Positions 47,818-57,143 of a stretch of 64,000 bases of DNA are shown here, piece after piece. The number at the start of each line of letters is the position of its first letter. The stretch's first letter is position 1. Where the stretch lies: positions 1,169 to 65,168 of the forward strand of contig CAJFLB010000003.1 of the NCBI GenBank assembly GCA_904387305.1. Reading direction: 5' to 3'. Below the pieces are notes generated by a model, which was not told the origin of the DNA, ran no database searches, and saw only the letters and a program-made list of their open reading frames with translations. Made by a program: the position numbers and the translations under genes. The DNA comes from an uncultured Clostridia bacterium (GTDB lineage Bacteria > Bacillota > Clostridia > TANB77 > CAG-508).

Positions 47818-49527
47818 ATGATAAATTTTAAACAGATAATTGCAAAAACTATTTCAAGAGTAGTTAACATAGATGAAAAAGAATTAGAAAGCTATATTGA
47901 AATACCAAAAGATGCCAATAATGGGGATTATGCATTTCCATGTTTTCGATTAGCAAAAGAATTAAAAAAAGCACCTCCAATGATTGCAAATGATATCAAA
48001 GAAAAAATGCAAATAGATGAAACAATCATAGAAAAAGTAGAAGTAGTAGGAGGTTACTTAAACTTCTATATCCAACAAGAACAAATGATAGAAACAGTAT
48101 TAAAAGAAATAGATGTTCAAGAAGAATATGGAAAATCAGAAATAGGAAAAGGAAAAAACATTGTAATCGATTATTCAGCACCTAATATTGCAAAACCATT
48201 TCATATAGGACATTTACGTTCTACAGTAATTGGTGGAGCTTTATACAATATTTATCAATATCTTGGTTATCATACAATAGGTGTTAATCATTTAGGAGAT
48301 TATGGAACACAATTTGGTAAATTAATTGAAGGATATAAACTATGGGGAAAAGAATATAATATTGAAGAAGACCCTATTAATGAACTAACTAAAATATATA
48401 TTCGTATTAACCAAGTATGTAAAGAAGATGAAAATGTTTTAGAACAATGTAGAATGAATTTTAAATTGTTAGAAGATGGAGATCCATATTGTACAGAAAT
48501 TTGGGAGAAGTTTAGAAGTTTAAGTTTAAAAGAATTCCAAAAAGTCTATGATTTATTAGGAAGTCATTTCGACTCATGGAATGGAGAAGCCTTTTACTCA
48601 GATAAAATGCCAGAAGTTATTGAAACATTAGAAAAAACTGGAAATTTGATAGAATCACAGGGAGCTAAGATTATCGATTTAGAAGATAAAGGGATTAATA
48701 CACCATGTATTATACAAAAATCAAATGGATCAACAACATATGCTACTAGAGATTTAGCTGCTATTTTATACAGAGCAAGAACTTATGATTTTGACAAAGC
48801 ATTATATGTTGTATCTTATGAACAAACTTTACACTTTAAACAAGTATTTGAAGTAGCAAAATTATTAGGGATAGATGAAAAGTATACAAATGGATTAAAA
48901 CATGTACCATTTGGGATGGTATCATTGCCAACAGGAAAAATGTCAACAAGAGAAGGGAATATCGTAAAATTAGAAGAATTATTAAATGAATCTATCACAA
49001 GAGCAAAAGAAATTATAGAAGAAAAGAATCCAGAATTAGAAGATAAAGATGAAGTTGCTAAAAAAGTAGGAGTAGGTGCTGTTATTTTTAATGATCTATC
49101 AAATAGTAGAATTAAAGATGAAGTATTTGATTGGAATCAAATATTAAACTTCCAAGGAGAAACAGGACCATATGTGCAATATACTTATGTACGTACAAAA
49201 AGTGTTTTAGAAAAAGCAGGATATATGCCAACAATAGAAGAAATCAAATTTGATAAATTATTAGATGAAGCATCAAAAAATATTATTAAATTGATATACA
49301 ATTTTGAAAATATATTAATACAAGTAACAGAAAAGGAAGAACCATCTATATTATCAAGATATCTGATTGACTTAGCAAAAGCATTTAGTAATTTCTATAA
49401 TGATAACAAAATATTAGTAGAAGATAAAGAAGTGCAAAATGCTAGAGTATACTTAACATATGCGGTTGGAAAAGTATTAAAAGCAGGCGCTAATTTATTA
49501 GGAATAGAAATGCCAAATAAGATGTAA
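47818..49527 (+). CDS. argS: Arginine--tRNA ligase
   Basis: SAPNIAKPFHIGHLRS (HIGH), GKMSTREG (KMSK-like), C-terminal DALR anticodon-binding domain. Confidence 0.95.
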   Translation: MINFKQIIAKTISRVVNIDEKELESYIEIPKDANNGDYAFPCFRLAKELKKAPPMIANDIKEKMQIDETIIEKVEVVGGYLNFYIQQEQMIETVLKEIDVQEEYGKSEIGKGKNIVIDYSAPNIAKPFHIGHLRSTVIGGALYNIYQYLGYHTIGVNHLGDYGTQFGKLIEGYKLWGKEYNIEEDPINELTKIYIRINQVCKEDENVLEQCRMNFKLLEDGDPYCTEIWEKFRSLSLKEFQKVYDLLGSHFDSWNGEAFYSDKMPEVIETLEKTGNLIESQGAKIIDLEDKGINTPCIIQKSNGSTTYATRDLAAILYRARTYDFDKALYVVSYEQTLHFKQVFEVAKLLGIDEKYTNGLKHVPFGMVSLPTGKMSTREGNIVKLEELLNESITRAKEIIEEKNPELEDKDEVAKKVGVGAVIFNDLSNSRIKDEVFDWNQILNFQGETGPYVQYTYVRTKSVLEKAGYMPTIEEIKFDKLLDEASKNIIKLIYNFENILIQVTEKEEPSILSRYLIDLAKAFSNFYNDNKILVEDKEVQNARVYLTYAVGKVLKAGANLLGIEMPNKM

Positions 49528-49681
49528 TTAAACCTTGTTGCATAGGAAAATGTGATATAGGGCGGAGAGGAAAGTAGATGTTTCCTATACAATAAAAGAT
49601 AAAAAAGAAAGAAATTGTTCAATAAAAGAAGAAAGATAAAGCTAATATATCAAAAAATACCAAAAATTAACAAAAAATTAC

Positions 49682-49710
49682 TTGCAAAATATAGGTAAAC
49701 ATGTTAAAAT
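49682..49710 (+). promoter_or_regulatory. Promoter of the heptad-repeat gene
   Basis: ttgcaa - 17 nt - taaaat with TG at extended -10. Confidence 0.55.
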
Positions 49711-49860
49711 GCAAACATAGTTTATCTATATTTTTTATTTCAAAATTTTAATTCTTATGTAGTTTAAATCAAATTGAATTAATTCATGAGTTTCAAGAAT
49801 ATTAACAGCAAAGTATTTATGAAATGTATTAATATTTTTTATTCGGAAGGAGGGAGTAGA

Positions 49861-50478
49861 ATGATTAATAATTTGGATCAGTTATGGGACAAAATGCAAG
49901 TAGAATTTAATAAAATAAGTCAGCAATTTGAGCAAATTGACAAAAGGTTTGAGCAAATTGACAAAAGGTTTGAGCAAATTGACAAAAGGTTTGAGCAAAT
50001 TGATAAAAGATTTGAGCAGATTGACAAAAGATTCGAACAAATTGACAAAAGGTTTGAGCAGATTGACAGAAGATTCGAACAAATTGACGAAAGATTCGAG
50101 CAGATCGACAAAAGATTCGAACAAATTGACGAAAGGTTTGAACAAATTGACGAAAGATTTGAAGAATATAATCAAGAAATCTTAGATATAAAGAATAATG
50201 CAAAAAGTGAATTTGCAAAGGTATACAAAGTTATGGAAGAAGGCTTTAAGAAAATGGACGAAAGATTTGCAAGAATAGAAGATAAACTAGATATTGTGAC
50301 AAATACAAATTTAGCTCAAATATTAAACAAGTTAACTGAAACAAAAGCAGAAGTAACAGATACAAAGGAAGAATTAACTAAAAAGTTAGATAAAAATATT
50401 GAAAAAAATGAATTTGAGCATAAGAGATTTGATTATAAACTAGCAGAAATGGAATTAAAATACAAATATAAAAATTAA
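49861..50478 (+). CDS. Coiled-coil protein with 11 tandem FEQID(K/E/R)R heptads
   Basis: ATG 49861 after ggaaggaggg; perfect heptad periodicity; non-repetitive charged helical tail. Confidence 0.7.
   Translation: MINNLDQLWDKMQVEFNKISQQFEQIDKRFEQIDKRFEQIDKRFEQIDKRFEQIDKRFEQIDKRFEQIDRRFEQIDERFEQIDKRFEQIDERFEQIDERFEEYNQEILDIKNNAKSEFAKVYKVMEEGFKKMDERFARIEDKLDIVTNTNLAQILNKLTETKAEVTDTKEELTKKLDKNIEKNEFEHKRFDYKLAEMELKYKYKN
49927..50157 (+). repeat. Tandem 21-bp repeat, 11 units (plus one degenerate), in frame inside the CDS
   Basis: Units 1-3 identical (tttgagcaaattgacaaaagg); later units differ mostly at synonymous positions or K/E/R. Confidence 0.95.
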
Positions 50479-50740
50479 TATTAGAATAGTAAAAAAATAA
50501 CTATATAAAAATATAGGTAAGTAAAAAGAGAAGCATGAACATCCTTCGATTGGGATAAAAGAATGTGTTCTCTTTTTTTATATACAAGATAAATATTTAC
50601 AAAATCAGAAAAAAGAAATAAGCAAAAAACTTGTAAAAAAATATATATAATAGTATAATGTAGAAGAATTTTATAAAATACTATAGAAAGAAATAGATTT
50701 TAAAAGATAATAGAAATAAAAAATATGTGGGGGAATGAGA

Positions 50741-51811
50741 ATGAGTGGAAAACATACAGATAAAGAAACAAAAGAGAAAAAGAAAAAAAAAGGTGGAAAA
50801 GGATTAAAAATATTTGGAATCATTGTATTAATATTAGTAATTCTTTTAGTCCTAATTGTAGGAAGTGTTTTTGTTTTTATCAATAGTAAATTAAGCAAAA
50901 TACAACAAGTAAATATTGATGAAGCAAATTTAGGAGTATCCTCACAAGCTGAAGAAAATTTATCAGAATATAGAAACATTGCATTATTTGGAATTGATAG
51001 TAGAGATAGTAGCTTAGGAAAAGGAAATAGAAGCGATTGTATCATTATTGCAAGTATAAATAATAATACAAAAGAAGTAAAACTAATATCTGTATATAGA
51101 GATACCTATGTGAATATAGAAGGATATGGATTAGATAAAATTACACATGCTTATTCTTATGGAGAAGCACCACTTGCTCTTAAAACATTAAATGAGAATT
51201 TTGATTTAAACATAACAGAATTTGCCACAGTAAATTTTGATGCAGTAGCAGAAGCAATAAATGCATTAGGTGGTATTACAATTAATGTTCAACCAGAAGA
51301 GGTAGAATACATAAATAGTTATATAAATGAGACATCAAAAGTAACAGGTTTAACTACTGAAAAAGTAACATCATCTGGAAAACAAACTTTAGACGGCGTA
51401 CAAGCAGTTGCTTATTCAAGAATTCGTTATACAGAAGGTGGAGACTATAAAAGAGCAGAGAGAATGAGAACTGTTGTAGCAGCAATGATAGAAAAATTTA
51501 AAACCAAAAACATTAGTGAAATGAATCAAATTATTGATAAAATTTTACCAGAAGTATATACCAATATTACTTCAAGTGATATATTTTCATTACTACCAAG
51601 TATAGCAAGTTTCAAAGTAACGGATAGTATGGGCTGGCCTTATGAAACAAAAGGTATTACATTAGACAGATGGTATGGTGTACCTGTAACATTAGAAAGT
51701 AATGTTACGAGATTGCATGAAGAGGCTTTTGGAGAAAAAAATTATATACCATCCAATAGAGTAAAAGAAATTAGTAATCAAATTATAGAGAAAACAGGAT
51801 ATACAGAATAA
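50741..51811 (+). CDS. LytR-CpsA-Psr (LCP) family glycopolymer transferase
   Basis: Lys-rich N-terminus, single TM, NIALFGIDSRD, RSDCIIIASIN, ISVYRDTYV motifs. Confidence 0.88.
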   Translation: MSGKHTDKETKEKKKKKGGKGLKIFGIIVLILVILLVLIVGSVFVFINSKLSKIQQVNIDEANLGVSSQAEENLSEYRNIALFGIDSRDSSLGKGNRSDCIIIASINNNTKEVKLISVYRDTYVNIEGYGLDKITHAYSYGEAPLALKTLNENFDLNITEFATVNFDAVAEAINALGGITINVQPEEVEYINSYINETSKVTGLTTEKVTSSGKQTLDGVQAVAYSRIRYTEGGDYKRAERMRTVVAAMIEKFKTKNISEMNQIIDKILPEVYTNITSSDIFSLLPSIASFKVTDSMGWPYETKGITLDRWYGVPVTLESNVTRLHEEAFGEKNYIPSNRVKEISNQIIEKTGYTE

Positions 51812-51920
51812 GAAAAACTTAAGTAAAAAATATATGATAATAAGAAAGGGATAATAGAGTATGATTAGGGAAAATTCTCTAGTCATATTTTATAAAAGTT
51901 AAGCAAAAGAAAGAGAAAAA

Positions 51921-52433
51921 ATGGAAAAAGAAAAATCTATAAGTATAAATATTTTAAGAATTATATTAATAATTTTATTGTTATGCACATTTTTTATCAT
52001 ATTTGGATTTTCTAGCCAAAATGGAGAACAATCAAGTGGAATCAGTAGAAAAGTGACAGAAATAATATTAAAAGTATCGGTTAACTATAACCAATTAGAA
52101 GAAGAGGAAAAAGAGATAGTATTACACAGAACAGAAAGTATAATAAGAAAAATAGCACACTTTTCAATATATACAGTAGTGGGATTTTTGTTAATGGGAC
52201 TTTTGAGTACATATAAGTTAAAAGAGAAATGGAGAATAATAATAACTATTGTCATAGGAATCCTTTATGCAATATCTGATGAGTTTCATCAAAGTTTTTC
52301 ACCAGGAAGATCTCCGAAAATAACAGATGTGTATATAGATACATTAGGAATTATCTTAGGTGTATTACTAGTGATTTTAATACGAATGATTTATAAAAAA
52401 ATCAAAACAGAGTATTGCAAAGATGTTACATAA
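51921..52433 (+). CDS. VanZ-like family membrane protein
   Basis: RKIAHFSIYTVVGFLL and DEFHQSFSPGRSPKITDVYIDTLG. Confidence 0.8.
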   Translation: MEKEKSISINILRIILIILLLCTFFIIFGFSSQNGEQSSGISRKVTEIILKVSVNYNQLEEEEKEIVLHRTESIIRKIAHFSIYTVVGFLLMGLLSTYKLKEKWRIIITIVIGILYAISDEFHQSFSPGRSPKITDVYIDTLGIILGVLLVILIRMIYKKIKTEYCKDVT

Positions 52434-52555
52434 ATATTACAATGATGACGAAAAGTGTCATATAAAATCTATTGAAAGGGAATATTTGGTATAGTATAAT
52501 ATAGATGTAAAAAATCAAGAATCTACCAAATAAAAAATAGGGGGAAAAATAGAAG

Positions 52556-53269
52556 ATGGATGTAAGAAATGATATATTGTCATTAGAACATGATAATATA
52601 GAAAATTCAGCATTAATGCCTAAAAATATTGATAGAAGTAAAGTAGTTTTGAAAATAGAGAAAATACTAAAAAGGTTTTTAGATATCTTAGGTGGTTTTT
52701 GCGGTTTGTTAATCTTAATACCACTAACCATTGGAGTATGGATAGCCAATAAATTATCAAAAGACAATGGACCAATATTTTATGCACATGAAAGAATTGG
52801 AAAAGACGGAAAGACATTTAAAATGTACAAATATCGTTCAATGGTATTAGGGGCTGATGAAAAATTAAAAGAATACTTACAAGAAAATGAAGAAGCAAGA
52901 GAAGAATATAAAAAATACAAAAAATTGAAAAGTGATCCAAGGATTACAAAAATCGGAAAAATATTAAGAAAGACAAGTTTAGATGAATTCCCGCAATTCA
53001 TCAATGTATTAAAAGGAGATATGAGTCTAGTAGGACCACGTCCATATTTACCAAGAGAAAAAGAAGAAATCAATGGATTTTTTAAATACATAACATCTTG
53101 TAAGCCAGGAATTACAGGATTATGGCAAACTAGAGGAAGAAGTAATACAACATTTACAGATAGATTAACTATGGATATGGATTATTATTATAACCATACA
53201 TTAAAGATGGATATTAAATTATTATATAAAACAGTAAGGAATGTAATAAAAAAAGAAGGAGCAGTATAA
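52556..53269 (+). CDS. Priming phosphoglycosyltransferase (bacterial sugar transferase, WbaP/CpsE C-terminal type)
   Basis: KRFLDILGG..TM, KFRSM-like KMYKYRSM, DEFPQFINVLKGDMSLVGPRP, GITGLWQ. Confidence 0.88.
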   Translation: MDVRNDILSLEHDNIENSALMPKNIDRSKVVLKIEKILKRFLDILGGFCGLLILIPLTIGVWIANKLSKDNGPIFYAHERIGKDGKTFKMYKYRSMVLGADEKLKEYLQENEEAREEYKKYKKLKSDPRITKIGKILRKTSLDEFPQFINVLKGDMSLVGPRPYLPREKEEINGFFKYITSCKPGITGLWQTRGRSNTTFTDRLTMDMDYYYNHTLKMDIKLLYKTVRNVIKKEGAV

Positions 53270-53733
53270 TGAAAAAGCAAAAAAAGATTTGTCTTATATC
53301 TTCATCAGGGGGGCATTTTGAACAATTAAAAATGCTGAAAGAATTATCAAGAAAATATGAAGTTTTTATAGTAACAGAAAAGACAAAATATAATAAAGAC
53401 GATAAAAACATAAATTCTTTTCTGATACAAGTTAATAGAAAAGAAGTATTATTTTTAGTAAAGATGATTATTAATGCAATTAAATCTTTAAAAATTATAA
53501 TAAGAGAAAAGCCAGATGTGATAATTTCAACAGGCGTATTAGCGACAATTCCAATGTGTATATTAGGCAAAAAATTTCACAAAAAGTTAATTTATATAGA
53601 ATCTTTTGCTAAAATTACATCTCCAACGAAGACAGGAAAGTTATTATATAAATATGCTGATAGATTTTATGTTCAATGGGAAGAAATGTTAAAATATTAT
53701 CCGAATGCAATATGCAAGGGAGGAATTTATTAG
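53269..53733 (+). CDS. Alg14-like glycosyltransferase membrane/accessory subunit (Cps14F/PssD type)
   Basis: KKICLISSSGGHFEQL motif, 154 aa, start overlaps the stop of the upstream gene. Confidence 0.75.
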   Translation: MKKQKKICLISSSGGHFEQLKMLKELSRKYEVFIVTEKTKYNKDDKNINSFLIQVNRKEVLFLVKMIINAIKSLKIIIREKPDVIISTGVLATIPMCILGKKFHKKLIYIESFAKITSPTKTGKLLYKYADRFYVQWEEMLKYYPNAICKGGIY

Positions 53734-54213
53734 ATGATATTTGTAACAGTAGGGTCACAGAAATTTCAATTTGATAGATTAATAAAAAAAATCGATGAAT
53801 TAGTTGGAAGTAAAATAATTTCTGATCAAGTTATCGCACAAATAGGAAGTTCAACTTATAAGCCTAAAAATATAGAATATTATGATTTTATAGATGGAAT
53901 GAAATTTAAAAATTTGATGAAAGAAGCAGAAATAGTCATTACACATGGTGGGACGGGGGTTATAGTAAATGCTTCTAAGTTAGGAAAGAAAATAATAGCT
54001 ATTCCTAGATTAAAAAAATATGGAGAACATGTTGATAATCATCAAGTTCAAATAGTACGTCAATTTAAAGAGGCTAACCTAATAGAGGATATAGAGGATA
54101 ATATAGATGAATTAGAAACAAAAATACAAGAGGTGAGACAGAAGGAGTATAAACAATATAAATCAAATACAATAGAAATAATAAATGATATTATAGAATT
54201 TATAGAGGAATAA
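53734..54213 (+). CDS. Alg13-like glycosyltransferase catalytic subunit (Cps14G/PssE type, GT28 C-terminal domain)
   Basis: MIFVTVGSQKFQFDRL and ITHGGTGVIV. Confidence 0.75.
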   Translation: MIFVTVGSQKFQFDRLIKKIDELVGSKIISDQVIAQIGSSTYKPKNIEYYDFIDGMKFKNLMKEAEIVITHGGTGVIVNASKLGKKIIAIPRLKKYGEHVDNHQVQIVRQFKEANLIEDIEDNIDELETKIQEVRQKEYKQYKSNTIEIINDIIEFIEE

Positions 54214-54218
54214 AATAG

Positions 54219-55103
54219 ATGGAGATTTTTAGAAAGATATACAGAAAAATAATTGCAAAACTTACAGACTTTTCGCCTGAACTAACAAGTAAAATATATT
54301 ATTTCACAAAAATAAAAAAAAGATTAAATTTAAAAAATCCAAAAACATTTAATGAAAAATTAATGTATTTAAAATTAAATGAATATGAAGAAAATGAATT
54401 AATTACAAAATGTGCTGATAAATATGCAGTTAGGGAATATGTAACTTCTTGTGGATGCACAGAAATATTAAATGAACTATATGGTGTCTTTGACAATGCG
54501 GAAGATATAAACTTTGAAAAATTACCAGATAAATTTGTGTTAAAGTGTAATCATGGTGCAGGATTTAACATTATATGTAATGATAAATCAAAATTAGATA
54601 TCAAACAAGCAAGAAAAAAACTTAATAAATGGTTAAAAACAGATTATTGGAAATTTGTAGCAGAACTTCAATATAAAAATATTGATAAAAAAATTATATG
54701 TGAAAAACTTTTAGAAAACAGTACTACTAAACAGATAAATGATTATAAGATATATTGTTTTAATGGGATTCCTAAATTTTGTATGGTATGTATAGGGAGA
54801 GAAGAATATAAAAAGCCTAAATATTATTTTATGGATAAAAATTGGAATGTACTTAAGATAAATCCAGATGGAATAAGTTTAGATGATAAAATAGTAATTG
54901 ATAAACCTAAATGTATAGACAAGATGTATGATTACGCCCAAAAACTGTCAAAACCTTTTAAATTTGTACGAGTAGATTTATACGAATGTAATGAAAAAAT
55001 TATATTTGGAGAGTTAACTTTTACACCAGCAGGATGTATAGATGCAAATTATACCAAGCAAGCACAATATAAACTTGGAGAAATGATTGAGATAAAGAGG
55101 TAA
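54219..55103 (+). CDS. TupA-like ATP-grasp protein (putative sugar-acid:amino-acid amidoligase)
   Basis: NLKNPKTFNEKLMYLKL..CADKYAVREYV N-terminal signature of the ATPgrasp_TupA family, LKCNHGAG, FGELTFTPAGC. Confidence 0.65.
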   Translation: MEIFRKIYRKIIAKLTDFSPELTSKIYYFTKIKKRLNLKNPKTFNEKLMYLKLNEYEENELITKCADKYAVREYVTSCGCTEILNELYGVFDNAEDINFEKLPDKFVLKCNHGAGFNIICNDKSKLDIKQARKKLNKWLKTDYWKFVAELQYKNIDKKIICEKLLENSTTKQINDYKIYCFNGIPKFCMVCIGREEYKKPKYYFMDKNWNVLKINPDGISLDDKIVIDKPKCIDKMYDYAQKLSKPFKFVRVDLYECNEKIIFGELTFTPAGCIDANYTKQAQYKLGEMIEIKR

Positions 55104-55106
55104 ACT

Positions 55107-56063
55107 ATGAGAAGTGTAGGATTTATAAAAAGTGATAAAGAAAATGAAAAAAGAATTGCTTTATATCCAGAAGATATAAAAAATATAAAATATAGGGATT
55201 ATATTTTTGTGGAAAAGGGATATGGAGAAGAAAATGGTTTTTCAGATCAAGCATATATAGAAGAAGGAATACAAATACTAGAAAGAAATGAAATATTAAA
55301 AAAAGATGTTATTGTAGATCCTAAAATTGGTGATGCGCAATATCTAGGACAATTGAATAATCAAATTATATTCGGATGGATTCATGCAATACAAAATAAA
55401 GATATTACAAATACTATTGTAAATGGTAAGTTAACGGCATTTGCATGGGAAGACATGTTTGAGAATAATAGACATGTGTTTTGGAAGAATAATCAATTAG
55501 CGGGGGAAGCTGCTACAATACATGCAATTATACTTAGTGGGGCTATGCCAGATAGAAAAAAAGTAGCAATAATAGGAAATGGTAATACAGCAAGAGGAGC
55601 ATATAAAATTTTAAGTAATTTAGGATGCGAGATTAATGTATATACTAGACAGATGGAAAGATTAATTAGAAACGAAGTTTCAGAATATGATATTATTGTC
55701 AATGCGGTATTATGGGACACAAACAGAAAAGATCATATCATATATAAAGAGGATTTACTAAAAATGAAGAAAGGTACATTAATTATAGATATAAGTTGTG
55801 ATAATAATGGAGCAATAGAATCAAGTCATCCAACAACTATAGAAAATCCAATATTTACAGTAAACGGAATAGTTCATTATGCTGTTGATCATACACCATC
55901 ACTAATATATAAAACAGTTTCAAAAGAGTTGTCTAAAGTTAGTTCATGTTATATAGATGAATTAATTATGGGAAATTATTCAAAATGTTTGGAAAAAGCT
56001 AAAATAATAGAAAATGGAAACATATTAGACTCTAGAATAAATAAATATCAATGTAGGGGTTAA
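55107..56063 (+). CDS. AlaDH/PNT-fold N5-(1-carboxyethyl)ornithine synthase (CEOS)-like opine-type dehydrogenase
   Basis: GFIKSDKENEKRIALYPEDI N-terminus as in CEOS-annotated proteins I recall; Rossmann VAIIGNGNTARGA. Confidence 0.55.
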   Translation: MRSVGFIKSDKENEKRIALYPEDIKNIKYRDYIFVEKGYGEENGFSDQAYIEEGIQILERNEILKKDVIVDPKIGDAQYLGQLNNQIIFGWIHAIQNKDITNTIVNGKLTAFAWEDMFENNRHVFWKNNQLAGEAATIHAIILSGAMPDRKKVAIIGNGNTARGAYKILSNLGCEINVYTRQMERLIRNEVSEYDIIVNAVLWDTNRKDHIIYKEDLLKMKKGTLIIDISCDNNGAIESSHPTTIENPIFTVNGIVHYAVDHTPSLIYKTVSKELSKVSSCYIDELIMGNYSKCLEKAKIIENGNILDSRINKYQCRG

Positions 56064-56064
56064 A

Positions 56065-57126
56065 ATGAGTAAGGATATTAAGGTTTTGATGATTGGACCA
56101 TCTAGGAATGTTAAAGGTGGTATGACATCTGTCGTAGATAATTATTATAAATCTGGATTAGATAAAAAAGTTAACATGAAATATATTGAAACAATAAATG
56201 ATAAAAGTAAAATAGAGAAGTTAATAAAAGAAGTTTTGGGGTATATAGAATTTTTAAAAAATATAAAAAAATTTGATATAGTTCATGTTCATATGGCATC
56301 GAGAAGGAGTACATATAGGAAATGTCATTATATTAATATAGCTAAAAAAAATAATAAAAAAGTTGTTTTGCATATGCATGGAGGAGGTTTTAAGGAATTT
56401 TTTGAAAAAGAGTGTTCGAATAAACAAAAAAAATTTATAATGAATACGTTTAATAAATGTGATAAAATTATTGTTTTATCACACAAATGGAAAGAGTATT
56501 TTTCTCAATATATTTCTTCAGACAAAATTAAAATTATATATAACGGTGTCAGAATTCCGCAAGATTATAAAAAAGAATTAGATGCAAAAAAAATGATTTT
56601 TTTAGGAAGAATTAGTAGAGACAAAGGTATTTATGATTTGCTAAAAGCTATGTCATATTTAGTAGGTAAATATAATGATATAGAACTAACTATTGGAGGC
56701 ATAGGAGAGGAAAAAAAATTATATTCATTGATAGAAAAATATAATCTAAAAAATAATGTTAAGGTTTTAGGTTGGTTGAATGAAGAAAAAAAATTTGAAG
56801 AATTGAAGAAAAGTTCACTATTTATTCTGCCATCCTATTTTGAAGCAATGCCTATTTCTATTTTAGAGGCGATGTCATATAAAAATGTAATTATTTCAAC
56901 TAATGTTGGAGGGATTCCTGAAATTATAGATAATGGTAGAGAAGGAATTTTAATTGAACCTGGTAATATAAAACAATTATATGCAACTATAGAAAGATTT
57001 ATAAACAATGAATATGATTTAAAAAAAATTTCAGAAGAAGCAATGAAAAAAGTAAAGAAATATTTTGATATTAACGAATCAATATGTGAAATATATAAAA
57101 TATACGATCTACTTATAGAAAAATAA
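56065..57126 (+). CDS. GT4-family (GT-B) glycosyltransferase
   Basis: LGRISRDKG, FILPSYFEAMPISILEAMSYKNVIISTNVGGIPEII (EX7E). Confidence 0.88.
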   Translation: MSKDIKVLMIGPSRNVKGGMTSVVDNYYKSGLDKKVNMKYIETINDKSKIEKLIKEVLGYIEFLKNIKKFDIVHVHMASRRSTYRKCHYINIAKKNNKKVVLHMHGGGFKEFFEKECSNKQKKFIMNTFNKCDKIIVLSHKWKEYFSQYISSDKIKIIYNGVRIPQDYKKELDAKKMIFLGRISRDKGIYDLLKAMSYLVGKYNDIELTIGGIGEEKKLYSLIEKYNLKNNVKVLGWLNEEKKFEELKKSSLFILPSYFEAMPISILEAMSYKNVIISTNVGGIPEIIDNGREGILIEPGNIKQLYATIERFINNEYDLKKISEEAMKKVKKYFDINESICEIYKIYDLLIEK

Positions 57127-57143
57127 AGGAGAAAATTACATAT

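Noticed and set aside
49882-50218. Four overlapping ORFs (49882-50175, 49907-50218, 49920-50111 on minus; 49928-50185 on plus) in the 21-bp repeat tract
   Set aside because: These are artefacts of a tandem repeat whose unit has no stop codon in several frames. Only the frame starting at ATG 49861 has an RBS, a promoter and a non-repetitive continuation.
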